A stretch of 64,000 nt of DNA from a virus (IMGVR_UViG_3300045051_000909:1-64000); one strand, 5' to 3'; shown: positions 18,818 to 27,650, counted from the stretch's first letter. A program made the numbers and translations. Notes: generated by a model not told the origin, from the letters alone.

Positions 18818-19561
18818 TCAGATCTCCACGATCTGGTTGGGGCGGTATCCGTTTTTCCCGCGCTCGTAATTCGGATATCCCATCGGGTTACAGACCACGC
18901 GGGTACCACCAATCCGGTATCTAAAGGCCATGTGTGTATGGCCATGGACCCACAGCGACGGACGCTGTGCCAAAATCTGCTTCTCCATATTCACCATGAA
19001 GAAACGATTGATCGGTGAATGGATGTACCTGTTCGGGATGCTCATGGGACTCGGCAGGTGGTGCGTGAGCACGATGTCCCCTTTCTGGACTGCCTCGAGC
19101 CCCGCTACAAACCGAGCGTGCTCCTCGTACACCCATGGGACAAAGTGTTCGATGTGCTCGAAATCCGGCATCGCTTCTCCGAGGCGCCCATAGTACCAAG
19201 GTTCACCCTCGGGGAACCACATAGTACCGGCGTAGATCCGGCGCCCCTCGATCTCGATCAATTCGTTGCGAGGGATCCGCAGGTTCGGATGCCAGGAGGC
19301 GACTGTCTTGAGCAGTGACCAAGTCTCTTCGGGCACGGTGCCCCAGAACTCGTGATTTCCTGGAACGTAGACCACGTACTGGAATGCACCGCAGACCCGC
19401 GTGAGCCAATCATCGATGGGATTCAAAAACTGGGCGGGCAGCACGTCTCCGACAAGAAAGAGAACTTCGCCCCCCGGCTGATCGCAGATCTCACTAAGGA
19501 GCTCAGCCCCGCCGTCTTCGTAGAACTCCAGGTGCCAATCAGATTCTATTTGTGCGCGCAT
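18818..19561 (-). CDS. calcineurin-like metallophosphoesterase
   Basis: metallophosphatase motifs ...VGDV..(GD), GNHE, ..VHGHTH.. Confidence 0.8.
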   Translation of the reverse strand: MRAQIESDWHLEFYEDGGAELLSEICDQPGGEVLFLVGDVLPAQFLNPIDDWLTRVCGAFQYVVYVPGNHEFWGTVPEETWSLLKTVASWHPNLRIPRNELIEIEGRRIYAGTMWFPEGEPWYYGRLGEAMPDFEHIEHFVPWVYEEHARFVAGLEAVQKGDIVLTHHLPSPMSIPNRYIHSPINRFFMVNMEKQILAQRPSLWVHGHTHMAFRYRIGGTRVVCNPMGYPNYERGKNGYRPNQIVEI

Positions 19562-19632
19562 CTATTTCCTCTACCCGGTCGATGGCAAAAATTGCCAGGG
19601 CGTGTGTACGCCCCAGCAATTCTCTGTTCCGC

Positions 19633-20115
19633 CTATCCGCCGTTGATGATACGGAATCGCGCCCTGCGAACTTGTGGGTGTGCCATGCGTTCGAGAGCGG
19701 CGTAATACTCCTTGCGACTCTGTATATTGTGGAAGATGACGGTGTTGGTTTTCGCTACGTATACACCCGGTACGGAAATCGGTTCGTCCCCAACAATGGT
19801 GACAGGGAACACTTCACGGCCGTTTCGGATCACAAGGGAGAGCTCCGATGAAGGAGCCCACGACGGGAGACTTGCCGCGTCTGCTTTCGTGTCCTCGGCA
19901 CTGAAGAGGCCGCCCCAGTAGATAGCCGCTGCGGCTACCCTGTCGTACGTCTCAGGTGAAGTCGGATCCCCGATTGGCGGGACCCACAGCTCGCTGAAAC
20001 TCCACGTACCCTTGTTGGTTCGAACTGTGCCTTCGTACCGGCCTTCACCGAGCTTGCTAACTTCCCCGGTGAAGCGACTCTTTACTTCCAACGTACCTGA
20101 GAGCCGGGTAGACAT
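19633..20115 (-). CDS. hypothetical protein (160 aa)
   Basis: minus-strand ORF in operon context. Confidence 0.5.
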   Translation of the reverse strand: MSTRLSGTLEVKSRFTGEVSKLGEGRYEGTVRTNKGTWSFSELWVPPIGDPTSPETYDRVAAAAIYWGGLFSAEDTKADAASLPSWAPSSELSLVIRNGREVFPVTIVGDEPISVPGVYVAKTNTVIFHNIQSRKEYYAALERMAHPQVRRARFRIINGG

Positions 20116-20118
20116 CGC

Positions 20119-20472
20119 TCACACTGCCTTTCTGCGAATGCGGCGCCCGAAGGCCTTCCGCAATTCCTTCTCCATTCTCTTTGTGAGCTCCAGCATGTCG
20201 CTGATGCCGTTTCGAACACGACTACTGGCATCGACCTGGATTACGGTAAGACCATGCGCAGCCGGATCTGAGCCTCTCAGCCCGTCAGCCGATTCCCCGA
20301 GTTCTTTGTTAAAGTTCTCGAGAGACTGCGCAGTCCAGTCACTCCATTCTTGGAGCTCCCGGAGTGTCTTTTGCAGGCGCCACCCCTGCTTGGACAACTC
20401 GCGTTTTCTCATTGGGTTGCGTACCTCCAGTGGATTGGGTTTAGAAGCCACCTGTGGCGCGGGTACATACAC
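20119..20472 (-). CDS. hypothetical protein (start possibly internal MRKREL)
   Basis: chosen over opposite-strand ORF 20012..20509 because all neighbours are minus-strand. Confidence 0.4.
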   Translation of the reverse strand: MYVPAPQVASKPNPLEVRNPMRKRELSKQGWRLQKTLRELQEWSDWTAQSLENFNKELGESADGLRGSDPAAHGLTVIQVDASSRVRNGISDMLELTKRMEKELRKAFGRRIRRKAV

Positions 20473-20483
20473 TTATACCCACG

Positions 20484-20681
20484 TCAGCGCCCGTGCTGAT
20501 GGTACTTAGCATCCGGATCTGGGTAGCCTGTTCGATCCATGTTGTCCTGAATCTCCTGCGTCGGTGTCCCGAAACGGGACCTGATCCCGACTTGGAAACC
20601 GATGATAATACCTCGGATGTTGTGCGGGTGACCGGCTTCCTTGCCGCAGTACCCGCATACACGCTTCTTCAAAGCTGGCAT
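20484..20681 (-). CDS. small CxxC protein (65 aa)
   Basis: VCGYCGKEAGHPH motif. Confidence 0.4.
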   Translation of the reverse strand: MPALKKRVCGYCGKEAGHPHNIRGIIIGFQVGIRSRFGTPTQEIQDNMDRTGYPDPDAKYHQHGR

Positions 20682-20684
20682 TAT

Positions 20685-20882
20685 TTACCTCGTAAAGGAT
20701 TGCTGCCGAAGCTCGTCTTCCACTTCCTCGATAAGTCGAGTCAGCGTCTCGAGGAGCTCCCCCGTATCATTGTCTCCACGCTCGTAGGCTTCAATAGCCC
20801 GAGTCGACACACGATCTCTCTCGAGGCGTGCGGAGACATAGAAGGAGTGCAGATCAGTGAAGAGTGGGCTTTTTGCGGGCAC
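20685..20882 (-). CDS. small acidic hypothetical protein (65 aa)
   Basis: ORF immediately upstream of 20484..20681. Confidence 0.35.
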   Translation of the reverse strand: MPAKSPLFTDLHSFYVSARLERDRVSTRAIEAYERGDNDTGELLETLTRLIEEVEDELRQQSFTR

Positions 20883-21104
20883 GGCGCGAGACCTGGGTAT
20901 CGTAGGCGGTGGAATCCATCGAGGCCAGATGCGTCTTGCCAGTAGGGTGAGCGGTGACGTCAGGGTCTGGCGCAGGCGTGGGCGGGAGCACTGTTACCTC
21001 CACCCACTGCCCGTACATGAACACCTTTTTCTTTGGCAGCTCGTCGCTCACGGGGTGAAGCCTATGCGACTTGGGCTAGTTCCGCAAGCGCGTTGTTACG
21101 CTTT

Positions 21105-21425
21105 TCACCGCACTTCTTGAAAGCGCGCCGTGTACTTATCGATGTCCTTCTGGGTTAGCGAAACGGACTCGCCCTCGGCGTTCACGCGGGAAACGAAGAA
21201 ATCTCCCATGACAACGTCCCGGATCTCAGGCAGGGAGCGGTTGGGCGGAAGGCCTTTGAGCTTACCCTCCTCATTGCAGATCAGCTGTACGTAGTCCTCG
21301 AGGTACACAGCTTCGATGAATCCTCCGACGAGCTCCTGCATCGGCCTCAGGGCGGGCTCGATCTCCCGCGCTTCTGGCGATTGTCCCACAGGGACTACGA
21401 GAACTTTGATCTTCTTCTTGGCCAT
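21105..21425 (-). CDS. hypothetical protein (start at MAKKK)
   Basis: AGGAGG RBS upstream of ATG at 21425. Confidence 0.5.
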   Translation of the reverse strand: MAKKKIKVLVVPVGQSPEAREIEPALRPMQELVGGFIEAVYLEDYVQLICNEEGKLKGLPPNRSLPEIRDVVMGDFFVSRVNAEGESVSLTQKDIDKYTARFQEVR

Positions 21426-21503
21426 GGTGCCTCCTAGACAAAAAAGGACCACAGCGGGAGAAAGCCCCGCGTGGCCCAGTTGCTAGCTTCTACCAACTTT
21501 CGG

Positions 21504-21686
21504 TCAGCTCTTGAGCTGAGGGATTGAACGTAGGCCTCGGAGGGCTTTCCACTCCGGAGGCGGTTCAATAGGCACCCCGTGGATGAGGACGTAGGGGGCC
21601 CAGATTTTCTCAAGGAACTCGTCCGCTCCGATGCGGAGTCCCAGCTTCTGGAACATGATTACGCCACTCACCGCAGCTGGAACCAT
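21504..21686 (-). CDS. small hypothetical protein (60 aa)
   Basis: AGGAGG RBS; first gene after divergent promoter region. Confidence 0.45.
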   Translation of the reverse strand: MVPAAVSGVIMFQKLGLRIGADEFLEKIWAPYVLIHGVPIEPPPEWKALRGLRSIPQLKS

Positions 21687-21706
21687 GGTGTACCTCCTCG
21701 TTCTAT

Positions 21707-21733
21707 CTTATACCCGCTCTACCACCTATACTT
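21707..21733. promoter_or_regulatory. divergent promoter pair (minus GGGTATAAG; plus TATACT)
   Basis: CTTATACCC and CTATACTTG elements between divergent genes 21686(-) and 21739(+); coordinates +/-2. Confidence 0.4.
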
Positions 21734-21738
21734 GAGGC

Positions 21739-22587
21739 ATGTTCCTGGATCCTTATGAGCGCGGTGTCGCTGACGCCCTTGAGAAGTTTGCGATGTCGCG
21801 GGGCCGCGCGATGGCCCGGCAGTTCGGCCAGATGTTCCAATCCACCAAGGACCCCCGCTACCTGAACCTAGCTGCACGCGCCGGTGAAGCTGCGTTCTCG
21901 CCTACCTCGCGTCCGGTGCAGCTTGCGAATATTGGCGGCGGGGCCGAGGCCAACGTCAACCTGATGGTCGGTCCACACGCGGGCCAGGCCAAGGCCCAAG
22001 TCTGGAAGCAAGGGCGTACCGACTCCTCTGCGTTCTCGCAGACTCAGTGGAATCGCCGTGCGCAGCTTGGTGCTGAGAACGCGGGCAATCCCGCGTTCGC
22101 GCAGTTCCTGGGAGAGTCCCAGGGCCCCAAGGGCGCCCCGATCCACAAGTATGAATACGTACAAGGTACGCCGATGAACCGCGCGCAGGTGCAGCAGGAT
22201 CCGCAGCTTGCGCAGGCGTATATGCGCACGCGTATGCAGGCCGGTCGCGCAGGACGTCAGGCTGGTATGCGGATTCTCGATGCCAAACCCGGCAACATGG
22301 TGCGGCCTGCCAATGGGGGCGACCCCAAGCTCGTCGATTACCTCGCCTTCAAGCCGGATGAGCTCTACAGCAACGCCATGCGCAAGCGCATGGGTGTGCA
22401 GGAAACCCGGCCGCTCATGACTCCCAAGGGCGAACAGATGTTCCCCAATCTCGGGCCTTCAAATATGGGCGCCCACGAGACAATGCAACAGCAGCAACAG
22501 CAGCTTCTGTCAGCGGTGCACCGACCCCCTCAAAAGCGAGTCCCGCCCCCCGGTGACCCAACACGCGTTGAGGGTCTGCGCCGCTAA
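21739..22587 (+). CDS. Gln-rich hypothetical protein (282 aa)
   Basis: ORF downstream of TATACT promoter. Confidence 0.55.
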   Translation: MFLDPYERGVADALEKFAMSRGRAMARQFGQMFQSTKDPRYLNLAARAGEAAFSPTSRPVQLANIGGGAEANVNLMVGPHAGQAKAQVWKQGRTDSSAFSQTQWNRRAQLGAENAGNPAFAQFLGESQGPKGAPIHKYEYVQGTPMNRAQVQQDPQLAQAYMRTRMQAGRAGRQAGMRILDAKPGNMVRPANGGDPKLVDYLAFKPDELYSNAMRKRMGVQETRPLMTPKGEQMFPNLGPSNMGAHETMQQQQQQLLSAVHRPPQKRVPPPGDPTRVEGLRR

Positions 22588-22596
22588 GAGGTCACC

Positions 22597-22986
22597 ATGG
22601 ATCAGCGAGTTGAGCTCATTGCAGCAGCGTGCCATCAAGCGTGGTACGCATATACCGTCCTCGCGCTGGGCGAGGAGGGCAAAACGTGGCAGGAGGCCCC
22701 CGAGTGGCAACGGTCGTCGATCCGACACGCGGTTAAATTCTGGGACGAGCTTGACGTGGCCCACACGTCATTCGAAACGCTGTGCGCGGCGACCCATGTT
22801 GCCTGGATGAACCACAAGCTGCGAGATGGCTGGAAACTCGGTCCAGTCAAGGACGAGGCAAAAAAAGAACACCCATGCCTCGTGCCCTATGAACAGCTGC
22901 CCCTCGCCCAGCGCAAGAAGGACGAAGTCGTGTTACGTGCCTATCTGGCATTGCGGGGTATTCTGGGTAACCCGAGTTTCGCCTGA
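22597..22986 (+). CDS. RyR (ryanodine-receptor) domain protein
   Basis: HQAWYAY..W......HVAWMNHKLRDGWKLGPVKDEAKKEHPCLVPYEQLPLAQRKKDEVVLR matches the RyR-domain signature seen in phages. Confidence 0.7.
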   Translation: MDQRVELIAAACHQAWYAYTVLALGEEGKTWQEAPEWQRSSIRHAVKFWDELDVAHTSFETLCAATHVAWMNHKLRDGWKLGPVKDEAKKEHPCLVPYEQLPLAQRKKDEVVLRAYLALRGILGNPSFA

Positions 22987-23002
22987 AAGCTAAACACGCC
23001 CC

Positions 23003-23032
23003 AGCCCCCTTTCGGGAAGCCGGGGCGTGTTG
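23003..23032. terminator. bidirectional terminator hairpin between convergent arms
   Basis: ACACGCCCCAGC..GCCGGGGCGTGT stem; coordinates +/-2. Confidence 0.5.
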
Positions 23033-23041
23033 TGCGTGGGT

Positions 23042-23659
23042 TTAGCATACGCATTCGAACTGCGGGGATCCGCAGAGGCCACAGCGTACGCTGTTGGTGG
23101 CCTTATACTTCGCCCAGCAGTGGTCGCAAAAGACCCCGGCGAAGTGCCTGCCAGCTACCCGATCCCGGGTTAGGATTTCAGAGCAACTTGCGCAATGGAC
23201 GCGGCCCTCATCTACCAGGGCCCATGTGCTGGCCAATGCCCCTCGGAGCAATCCATCGATTTCCATGATGGATGCTGTGGGCGTGCCTATGTGCGTGATG
23301 GCTGTACGGCCGCCATCGATCCAGCGGTAAATAGTTATGTCGTAGTTGATCATGTACTGCGGGGCTTTATCACCGCGTATGATCAACCCTAAGACGACGC
23401 TGGGGTCGCCGCTACGGCCTCGCATCGCTTTGCCTTCGCGCGACAGGAGTAATGACGCACCACCGTGGAGGCTACCGTTACCGTACTTCATTCGGTATCC
23501 CCACGCGCGTTCGTACTCCTGAATAGCGTGATCCAGAAGCCACTGTACCGCGTCCTGTTCGCCTACTCGACAGACGGAGCAGAGGTACACCATTTGGCCT
23601 GCGGCCACTTGGCTTGGGGTGAGCACCGTGTCGAACTCACCGCACTGACCGCACACCAT
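23042..23659 (-). CDS. Cys-rich hypothetical protein (205 aa)
   Basis: multiple CxxC pairs (CGQCGE, CSVC, CASC, CDHC, CGLCGS). Confidence 0.5.
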   Translation of the reverse strand: MVCGQCGEFDTVLTPSQVAAGQMVYLCSVCRVGEQDAVQWLLDHAIQEYERAWGYRMKYGNGSLHGGASLLLSREGKAMRGRSGDPSVVLGLIIRGDKAPQYMINYDITIYRWIDGGRTAITHIGTPTASIMEIDGLLRGALASTWALVDEGRVHCASCSEILTRDRVAGRHFAGVFCDHCWAKYKATNSVRCGLCGSPQFECVC

Positions 23660-24473
23660 TACCGATCACCTCTCTGAGACGTCGGTACAGCGTGTCAGGG
23701 TTATTCTCGGATAGGCCCGACATCTGGCCGTCATTCAATTCTATTACGACCCACACCCCCTCCGTCGTCTGTGCGACGTCGAGTGCATAGAAATTCGCGG
23801 CGTCTCCGATGGTGGAGATAACCTTGGCCAAGAAGGGCTCAGGGACTTCGCTCACCTGCGGATCGATGCCGCGCTCCCGCAGCTCCTCTACATGCGACGA
23901 CCAGTAATAGGCTCCGCACAGAATCTGTCCGTATGCCACGAAGAAGCGGAACTCCTTCGTGATCGGCATTCCGTTGATCTCGCTAGTCATGTACCGCTCA
24001 AGCGGTACGTATTTGCGGATCGCGATGCCCTGATGGCTGATGAGCTGGTCATCCGTGAGCCGAGAATACACGGTGCCCATGTCCTCCCAGGTTTCGGCGA
24101 ACATGTGCGTCTTCCAGCGATCCTTGCGCGAATTGGTCAGTCCCTTTAGGACGAACGGCCCGGCGTCGCGGGGCACGTCTTCCATGCGATACCACGTCTG
24201 GGGTGTCAGACCTTCCAGGTCTGTTGTCCAATTCCGCAAGTCGGCGATGTACTCGTGCTGCGTTGCCGAATTTATCATCCGGCCGCCAAGGTTGCGAACA
24301 TCTCGCTCGAGTTCCCGATAGAACGGGAGCACGGAATAACGCCCTACAACTAGCACGTCGGGGTCGTTGTTCTCGATCTCCGTTCGTGCAGGTACGCAGC
24401 AGAAGTACTTCTCCGCTGCCTCGAGCTCGTCGCGTTCCATGTCGGCTTTGCGATACAGAATGACCGGAGTCAC
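23637..24473 (-). CDS. ATP-grasp domain protein
   Basis: C-terminal GVWVVIELNDGQMSGL and preceding K/E-rich ATP-grasp-like fold pattern. Confidence 0.6.
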   Translation of the reverse strand: MTPVILYRKADMERDELEAAEKYFCCVPARTEIENNDPDVLVVGRYSVLPFYRELERDVRNLGGRMINSATQHEYIADLRNWTTDLEGLTPQTWYRMEDVPRDAGPFVLKGLTNSRKDRWKTHMFAETWEDMGTVYSRLTDDQLISHQGIAIRKYVPLERYMTSEINGMPITKEFRFFVAYGQILCGAYYWSSHVEELRERGIDPQVSEVPEPFLAKVISTIGDAANFYALDVAQTTEGVWVVIELNDGQMSGLSENNPDTLYRRLREVIGNGVRSVR

Positions 24474-24652
24474 TTGGTCCTCGTCACGGCACCGACACGA
24501 TTACCGTTGGTGTCCAGTACGACGTGCCCCTCCAGAGACTCAGCATCATCGATACGCTGGGCGAGTGCGCGAAGTATCCGCGCCACTTCGAAAGCGGGCT
24601 TATCCTCAAACGCCGCATTCTCCATGTTGATTACGATCTTCACCTTGCTCAC
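24470..24652 (-). CDS. small hypothetical protein (60 aa)
   Basis: GTG start; ATGA-type coupling to ATP-grasp gene. Confidence 0.4.
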   Translation of the reverse strand: MSKVKIVINMENAAFEDKPAFEVARILRALAQRIDDAESLEGHVVLDTNGNRVGAVTRTK

Positions 24653-24828
24653 GGCGCGAAAACCTCCAGTTCACTCTTCGGAATCGTCCCGTCCTCGACG
24701 TTGACGAGAAGTGCTTCGCGAAGCACTTCAGTTGGCTCATCGTCGTAAACCTGGAACCCGTGCTCGGTCAGGATGTACTCGATGGCGTTACGGGTGAGCT
24801 GGTTGACCCTCTCCTTGGTAGATCTCAT
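24649..24828 (-). CDS. small hypothetical protein (59 aa)
   Basis: GGAGACGGGAGTGG RBS-like; ATGA overlap upstream and GTGA overlap downstream; below track threshold. Confidence 0.4.
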   Translation of the reverse strand: MRSTKERVNQLTRNAIEYILTEHGFQVYDDEPTEVLREALLVNVEDGTIPKSELEVFAP

Positions 24829-25157
24829 CCACTCCCGTCTCCTTCTTGCTGCAAGTGTCGAAGCATCTGTGCTCGCGTATGCGGGCAGCGCTCACTTCTC
24901 AAGATTCTGAATCCCGCGTTCCCTAGCGCTCTCAAGAACGCGTGCGTATGCGCGCTGGTAGTGACCGAGAATTTCTGACTGGTCACCCATGCGATTCGGC
25001 GGTCGTTGTAAGTCCACGCCAACTTCTTAGCTATAGGCTCGGCATACGAGTACGCAGTCTCTTTGCGGTACCACCCGCTACCCGCATGCGCGTACTCACG
25101 ACTGCCGGGTCGTGCAAACTGTTCAGCGACATCGTTGATCTTCTTTCGGCCGCGCAA
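24825..25157 (-). CDS. hypothetical protein (110 aa)
   Basis: minus-strand ORF in operon. Confidence 0.45.
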   Translation of the reverse strand: MRGRKKINDVAEQFARPGSREYAHAGSGWYRKETAYSYAEPIAKKLAWTYNDRRIAWVTSQKFSVTTSAHTHAFLRALGNAGFRILRSERCPHTRAQMLRHLQQEGDGSG

Positions 25158-25223
25158 AAAATTCTCCTACATGAAAGCGGCCCCCGAGCAGTGAACACAG
25201 AACACTCGGAGGCCGCCGATGGC

Positions 25224-25436
25224 CTAGTTGCGGAGCGTTACGCGCTCCAGGCGACGAATTGCAGCTTGCAGTGCACGTCGCGTCTCCGCGTTCTCGCCAC
25301 CGTGCAGGTGTTCGAGTTCGTAGAGGATGCGTAGGCGATTGGGCGGGTATTCCACCAAGTGCAACTTGGGGAAATAGGCATTGAGCAGCTTCTCCTGCTC
25401 AGTCAGCATCGAGGCCTCCGTTTGGTGCGTTCCCAT
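25224..25436 (-). CDS. hypothetical protein (70 aa)
   Basis: directly abuts HicB-like gene. Confidence 0.4.
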   Translation of the reverse strand: MGTHQTEASMLTEQEKLLNAYFPKLHLVEYPPNRLRILYELEHLHGGENAETRRALQAAIRRLERVTLRN

Positions 25437-25661
25437 CTACTTATACCGGGAATCCTCGATACCCTGATGAAGGGTATCGGCGTGCGCCGGGGTGGACATG
25501 ATCGGCACGCCGCACACGGCCATCGCCTCTACGGTGCGTTCGAGCGCCTGGGTGAGTGTCTTTCCCTGGCTCCGGCAGCCCGGGATTTCCTGTACCGACG
25601 TCACCCAGTAATTGCTGCTGTCATCTCCATCGATCACGATGGTGAGTTGTTTCTTTGCCAT
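25437..25661 (-). CDS. HicB-like (UPF0150) antitoxin-fold protein
   Basis: YWVTSVQEIPGCRSQGKTLTQALERTVEAM matches HicB N-terminal RNase-H-like fold pattern; no HicA partner seen. Confidence 0.55.
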   Translation of the reverse strand: MAKKQLTIVIDGDDSSNYWVTSVQEIPGCRSQGKTLTQALERTVEAMAVCGVPIMSTPAHADTLHQGIEDSRYK

Positions 25662-25725
25662 TCCTTCTCCTGTTGGGGTTGAACAAAAGAAGCGGAGCAG
25701 CGCCGAAGCGCTGCCCCGCCGAGAA

Positions 25726-26709
25726 CTACGGGATGTAGTACCGCAGCGGCCCTGGGTAGGTCCCAGCGGCGCCGAGGTCCACGGCGCTTACCACTTCCGG
25801 CGTAGACCCCACCACAGAGTAGCAACCGGCATTCGCCCGATACGTCAGTAGGGCGCTGGGGGTGTACAGCGTCGCCGCACCACTTGCGCTGTAATAGACG
25901 TGTCCGTTCACCACGGCCATGGTGTACGGCGACTCGAGGTACGCGTTACCGGTGCAATTCGAGGCCGTGAAGTACACTTTCATACCGTTCTCGACTGGTG
26001 CCCCGGAGAGCCAACGCTGAACCAAGACGTTGACACCGCCGTGCCGCTCAACGATGGAAATCGTGTTGGCACCGCTGCCGCTCAAGACCGGCCCAATGAT
26101 GTAGCCGGTGGCGTCCTTGGCGTAGGCCACGATACCCGGGGGGCCTTCGATGCCCTGAATGCCCTGAGCACCCGTATCACCCTTCGGCCCCTGGACACCT
26201 TGGAGACCCTGAATGCCCTGGTCGCCTTTGTCACCCTTCAGGCCCTGAGCACCGGTATCGCCCTTCAAGCCTTGGAGACCCTGAGCACCTTGAGCACCGG
26301 TATCGCCCTTCAGACCCTGCGGACCTTGGGCTCCGGTATCGCCCTTGTCACCTTTGTCGCCCTTCAGGCCTTGAGCACCCTGTGCACCCATGTCGCCCTT
26401 CAGGCCTTGCGGGCCTTGAGTACCCTGGAACCCTTGCGGACCTTGGGCACCCGTATCGCCCTTCGGTCCCTGCGGGCCCTGGGTTCCCTGCGCACCGGTG
26501 TCGCCCTTGTCGCCCTTCAGCCCCTGCGGACCTTGCGGGCCCACGTCGCCCTTATCGCCCTTGTCGCCCTGGACACCAGGATCGCCCTTCAGCCCCTGCG
26601 GGCCTTGGGGACCTTGAGGGCCAACCAGCGCGTCGGGGCTAGTAGTGTTGTTAGGCGCCTCATTGGCGCACGCGGTAAGCACCACCAGCATAGCGATAAG
26701 GGTCTTCAT
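25726..26709 (-). CDS. collagen-like (Gly-X-Y) repeat lipoprotein with C-terminal globular domain
   Basis: MKTLIAMLVVLTAC lipobox; ~55 uninterrupted GXY triplets (GPQGPQGLKGDKGD...); ~130-aa non-repetitive C-terminus. Confidence 0.8.
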   Translation of the reverse strand: MKTLIAMLVVLTACANEAPNNTTSPDALVGPQGPQGPQGLKGDPGVQGDKGDKGDVGPQGPQGLKGDKGDTGAQGTQGPQGPKGDTGAQGPQGFQGTQGPQGLKGDMGAQGAQGLKGDKGDKGDTGAQGPQGLKGDTGAQGAQGLQGLKGDTGAQGLKGDKGDQGIQGLQGVQGPKGDTGAQGIQGIEGPPGIVAYAKDATGYIIGPVLSGSGANTISIVERHGGVNVLVQRWLSGAPVENGMKVYFTASNCTGNAYLESPYTMAVVNGHVYYSASGAATLYTPSALLTYRANAGCYSVVGSTPEVVSAVDLGAAGTYPGPLRYYIP

Positions 26710-26737
26710 CGTGGACTCCTAGTTTTGGGTTTACAAC

Positions 26738-26772
26738 TTATACCCAAAAGAAACCGCCCCTTGAGAGGGCGG
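26738..26772 (-). promoter_or_regulatory. terminator-promoter cassette (hairpin then T-run then GGGTATAAG -10-like element on minus strand)
   Basis: CTTATACCCAAAAGAAA + CCGCCCC..GGGCGG hairpin; coordinates +/-2. Confidence 0.5.
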
Positions 26773-26779
26773 CTTCTAG

Positions 26780-27001
26780 TCAGCGCAGTCCCAAACGCTG
26801 TCGCAGCGTGTGGATTTCGTCGCGGAGTTCGAGGATCTTCTTGGCGGGCTTTCCGTTGAACGGCACGATGCGAGGATACCCAACAGCCGTAACGGCACCG
26901 CGCAAACTAGGGAATGCCACGCTAGCCTGCTTGAGCCCCTCGTTTACTGAGTAAACCACGCCCACCTCTCCATCGACTTCGACGAGTTCCTCAGGCAGCA
27001 T
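26780..27001 (-). CDS. small hypothetical protein (73 aa)
   Basis: ORF overlapping start of MazG-like gene by 11 nt. Confidence 0.4.
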   Translation of the reverse strand: MLPEELVEVDGEVGVVYSVNEGLKQASVAFPSLRGAVTAVGYPRIVPFNGKPAKKILELRDEIHTLRQRLGLR

Positions 27002-27338
27002 CGCCGTTCACCTCCACCACGACATAGCGCTTCGTGAACCCGCCCTTCTCCTCACGTTTGCGGTTTGCGCGGTCACGCAACTCCATCCAGCCCATGTCGT
27101 ACATGTCTGCGATGGCGAGAAGCGCCTCAAAGATATCTGTGAGCTCCTCGCGCGCAGGTTCCAAGGGCTTACCGATCCCGGACGCGTCCACGAACTCCTC
27201 AGTCTCTTCCTGCAACTTGCGAATCGCGTACAGCAGAAACTCCTCGTCGTCCTGCACCTTGCGGTAGACGACCGTCTGCCCCGCATTCACCATGATCGCA
27301 GGGATGTTGTCGCGCACCAGCTTATCCAGCTTCTTCAT
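26991..27338 (-). CDS. MazG/HisE-like nucleoside triphosphate pyrophosphohydrolase
   Basis: MKKLDKLVRDNIP...LQEETEEF...ELTDIFEAL: EExxE metal motifs of all-alpha NTP-PPase family. Confidence 0.7.
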   Translation of the reverse strand: MKKLDKLVRDNIPAIMVNAGQTVVYRKVQDDEEFLLYAIRKLQEETEEFVDASGIGKPLEPAREELTDIFEALLAIADMYDMGWMELRDRANRKREEKGGFTKRYVVVEVNGDAA

Positions 27339-27625
27339 GAGGCTCCCGTGTGAGTGGTGTGTGGATGCCTATTGCAGCACCAGGTAGTCTTGTTGTTCTC
27401 CGAGACGAAGAAGTAGAACGAGTAGCGATCAGGGTCGAAGCCCGCGTCGCGCTGGAGCTCGCGCGCGTCCTTCTCGGTAAGCGTCCTGTGAATCAGGAAG
27501 CTCAGCCGATAGTCCTCTGACCGGTCAATAATCAGCGTCACAGGTTTGTGTGGCTGGTTATGGTGAGCAGCGGGAAATTCTCCCGTAGTACGACGTCTAC
27601 GCTGCGGGTTGAAAGGCCGCGGCAT
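27335..27625 (-). CDS. hypothetical protein (96 aa)
   Basis: ATGA-coupled to MazG-like gene; preceded by cassette. Confidence 0.45.
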   Translation of the reverse strand: MPRPFNPQRRRRTTGEFPAAHHNQPHKPVTLIIDRSEDYRLSFLIHRTLTEKDARELQRDAGFDPDRYSFYFFVSENNKTTWCCNRHPHTTHTGAS

Positions 27626-27650
27626 GCGTAAGCCTCCTTTCGGTTACAGG

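Noticed and set aside
20012-20509. 165-aa plus-strand ORF inside minus arm
   Set aside because: All flanking genes are minus-strand and tightly coupled. The opposite-strand ORF 20119..20472 fits the operon. The plus-strand ORF has a Ser/Arg-rich shadow composition.
25224-25661. Complete HicAB toxin-antitoxin pair
   Set aside because: Only the HicB-like fold is recognisable. The adjacent 70-aa ORF lacks the HicA dsRBD-like pattern, so it was called an orphan HicB-like gene rather than a TA system.
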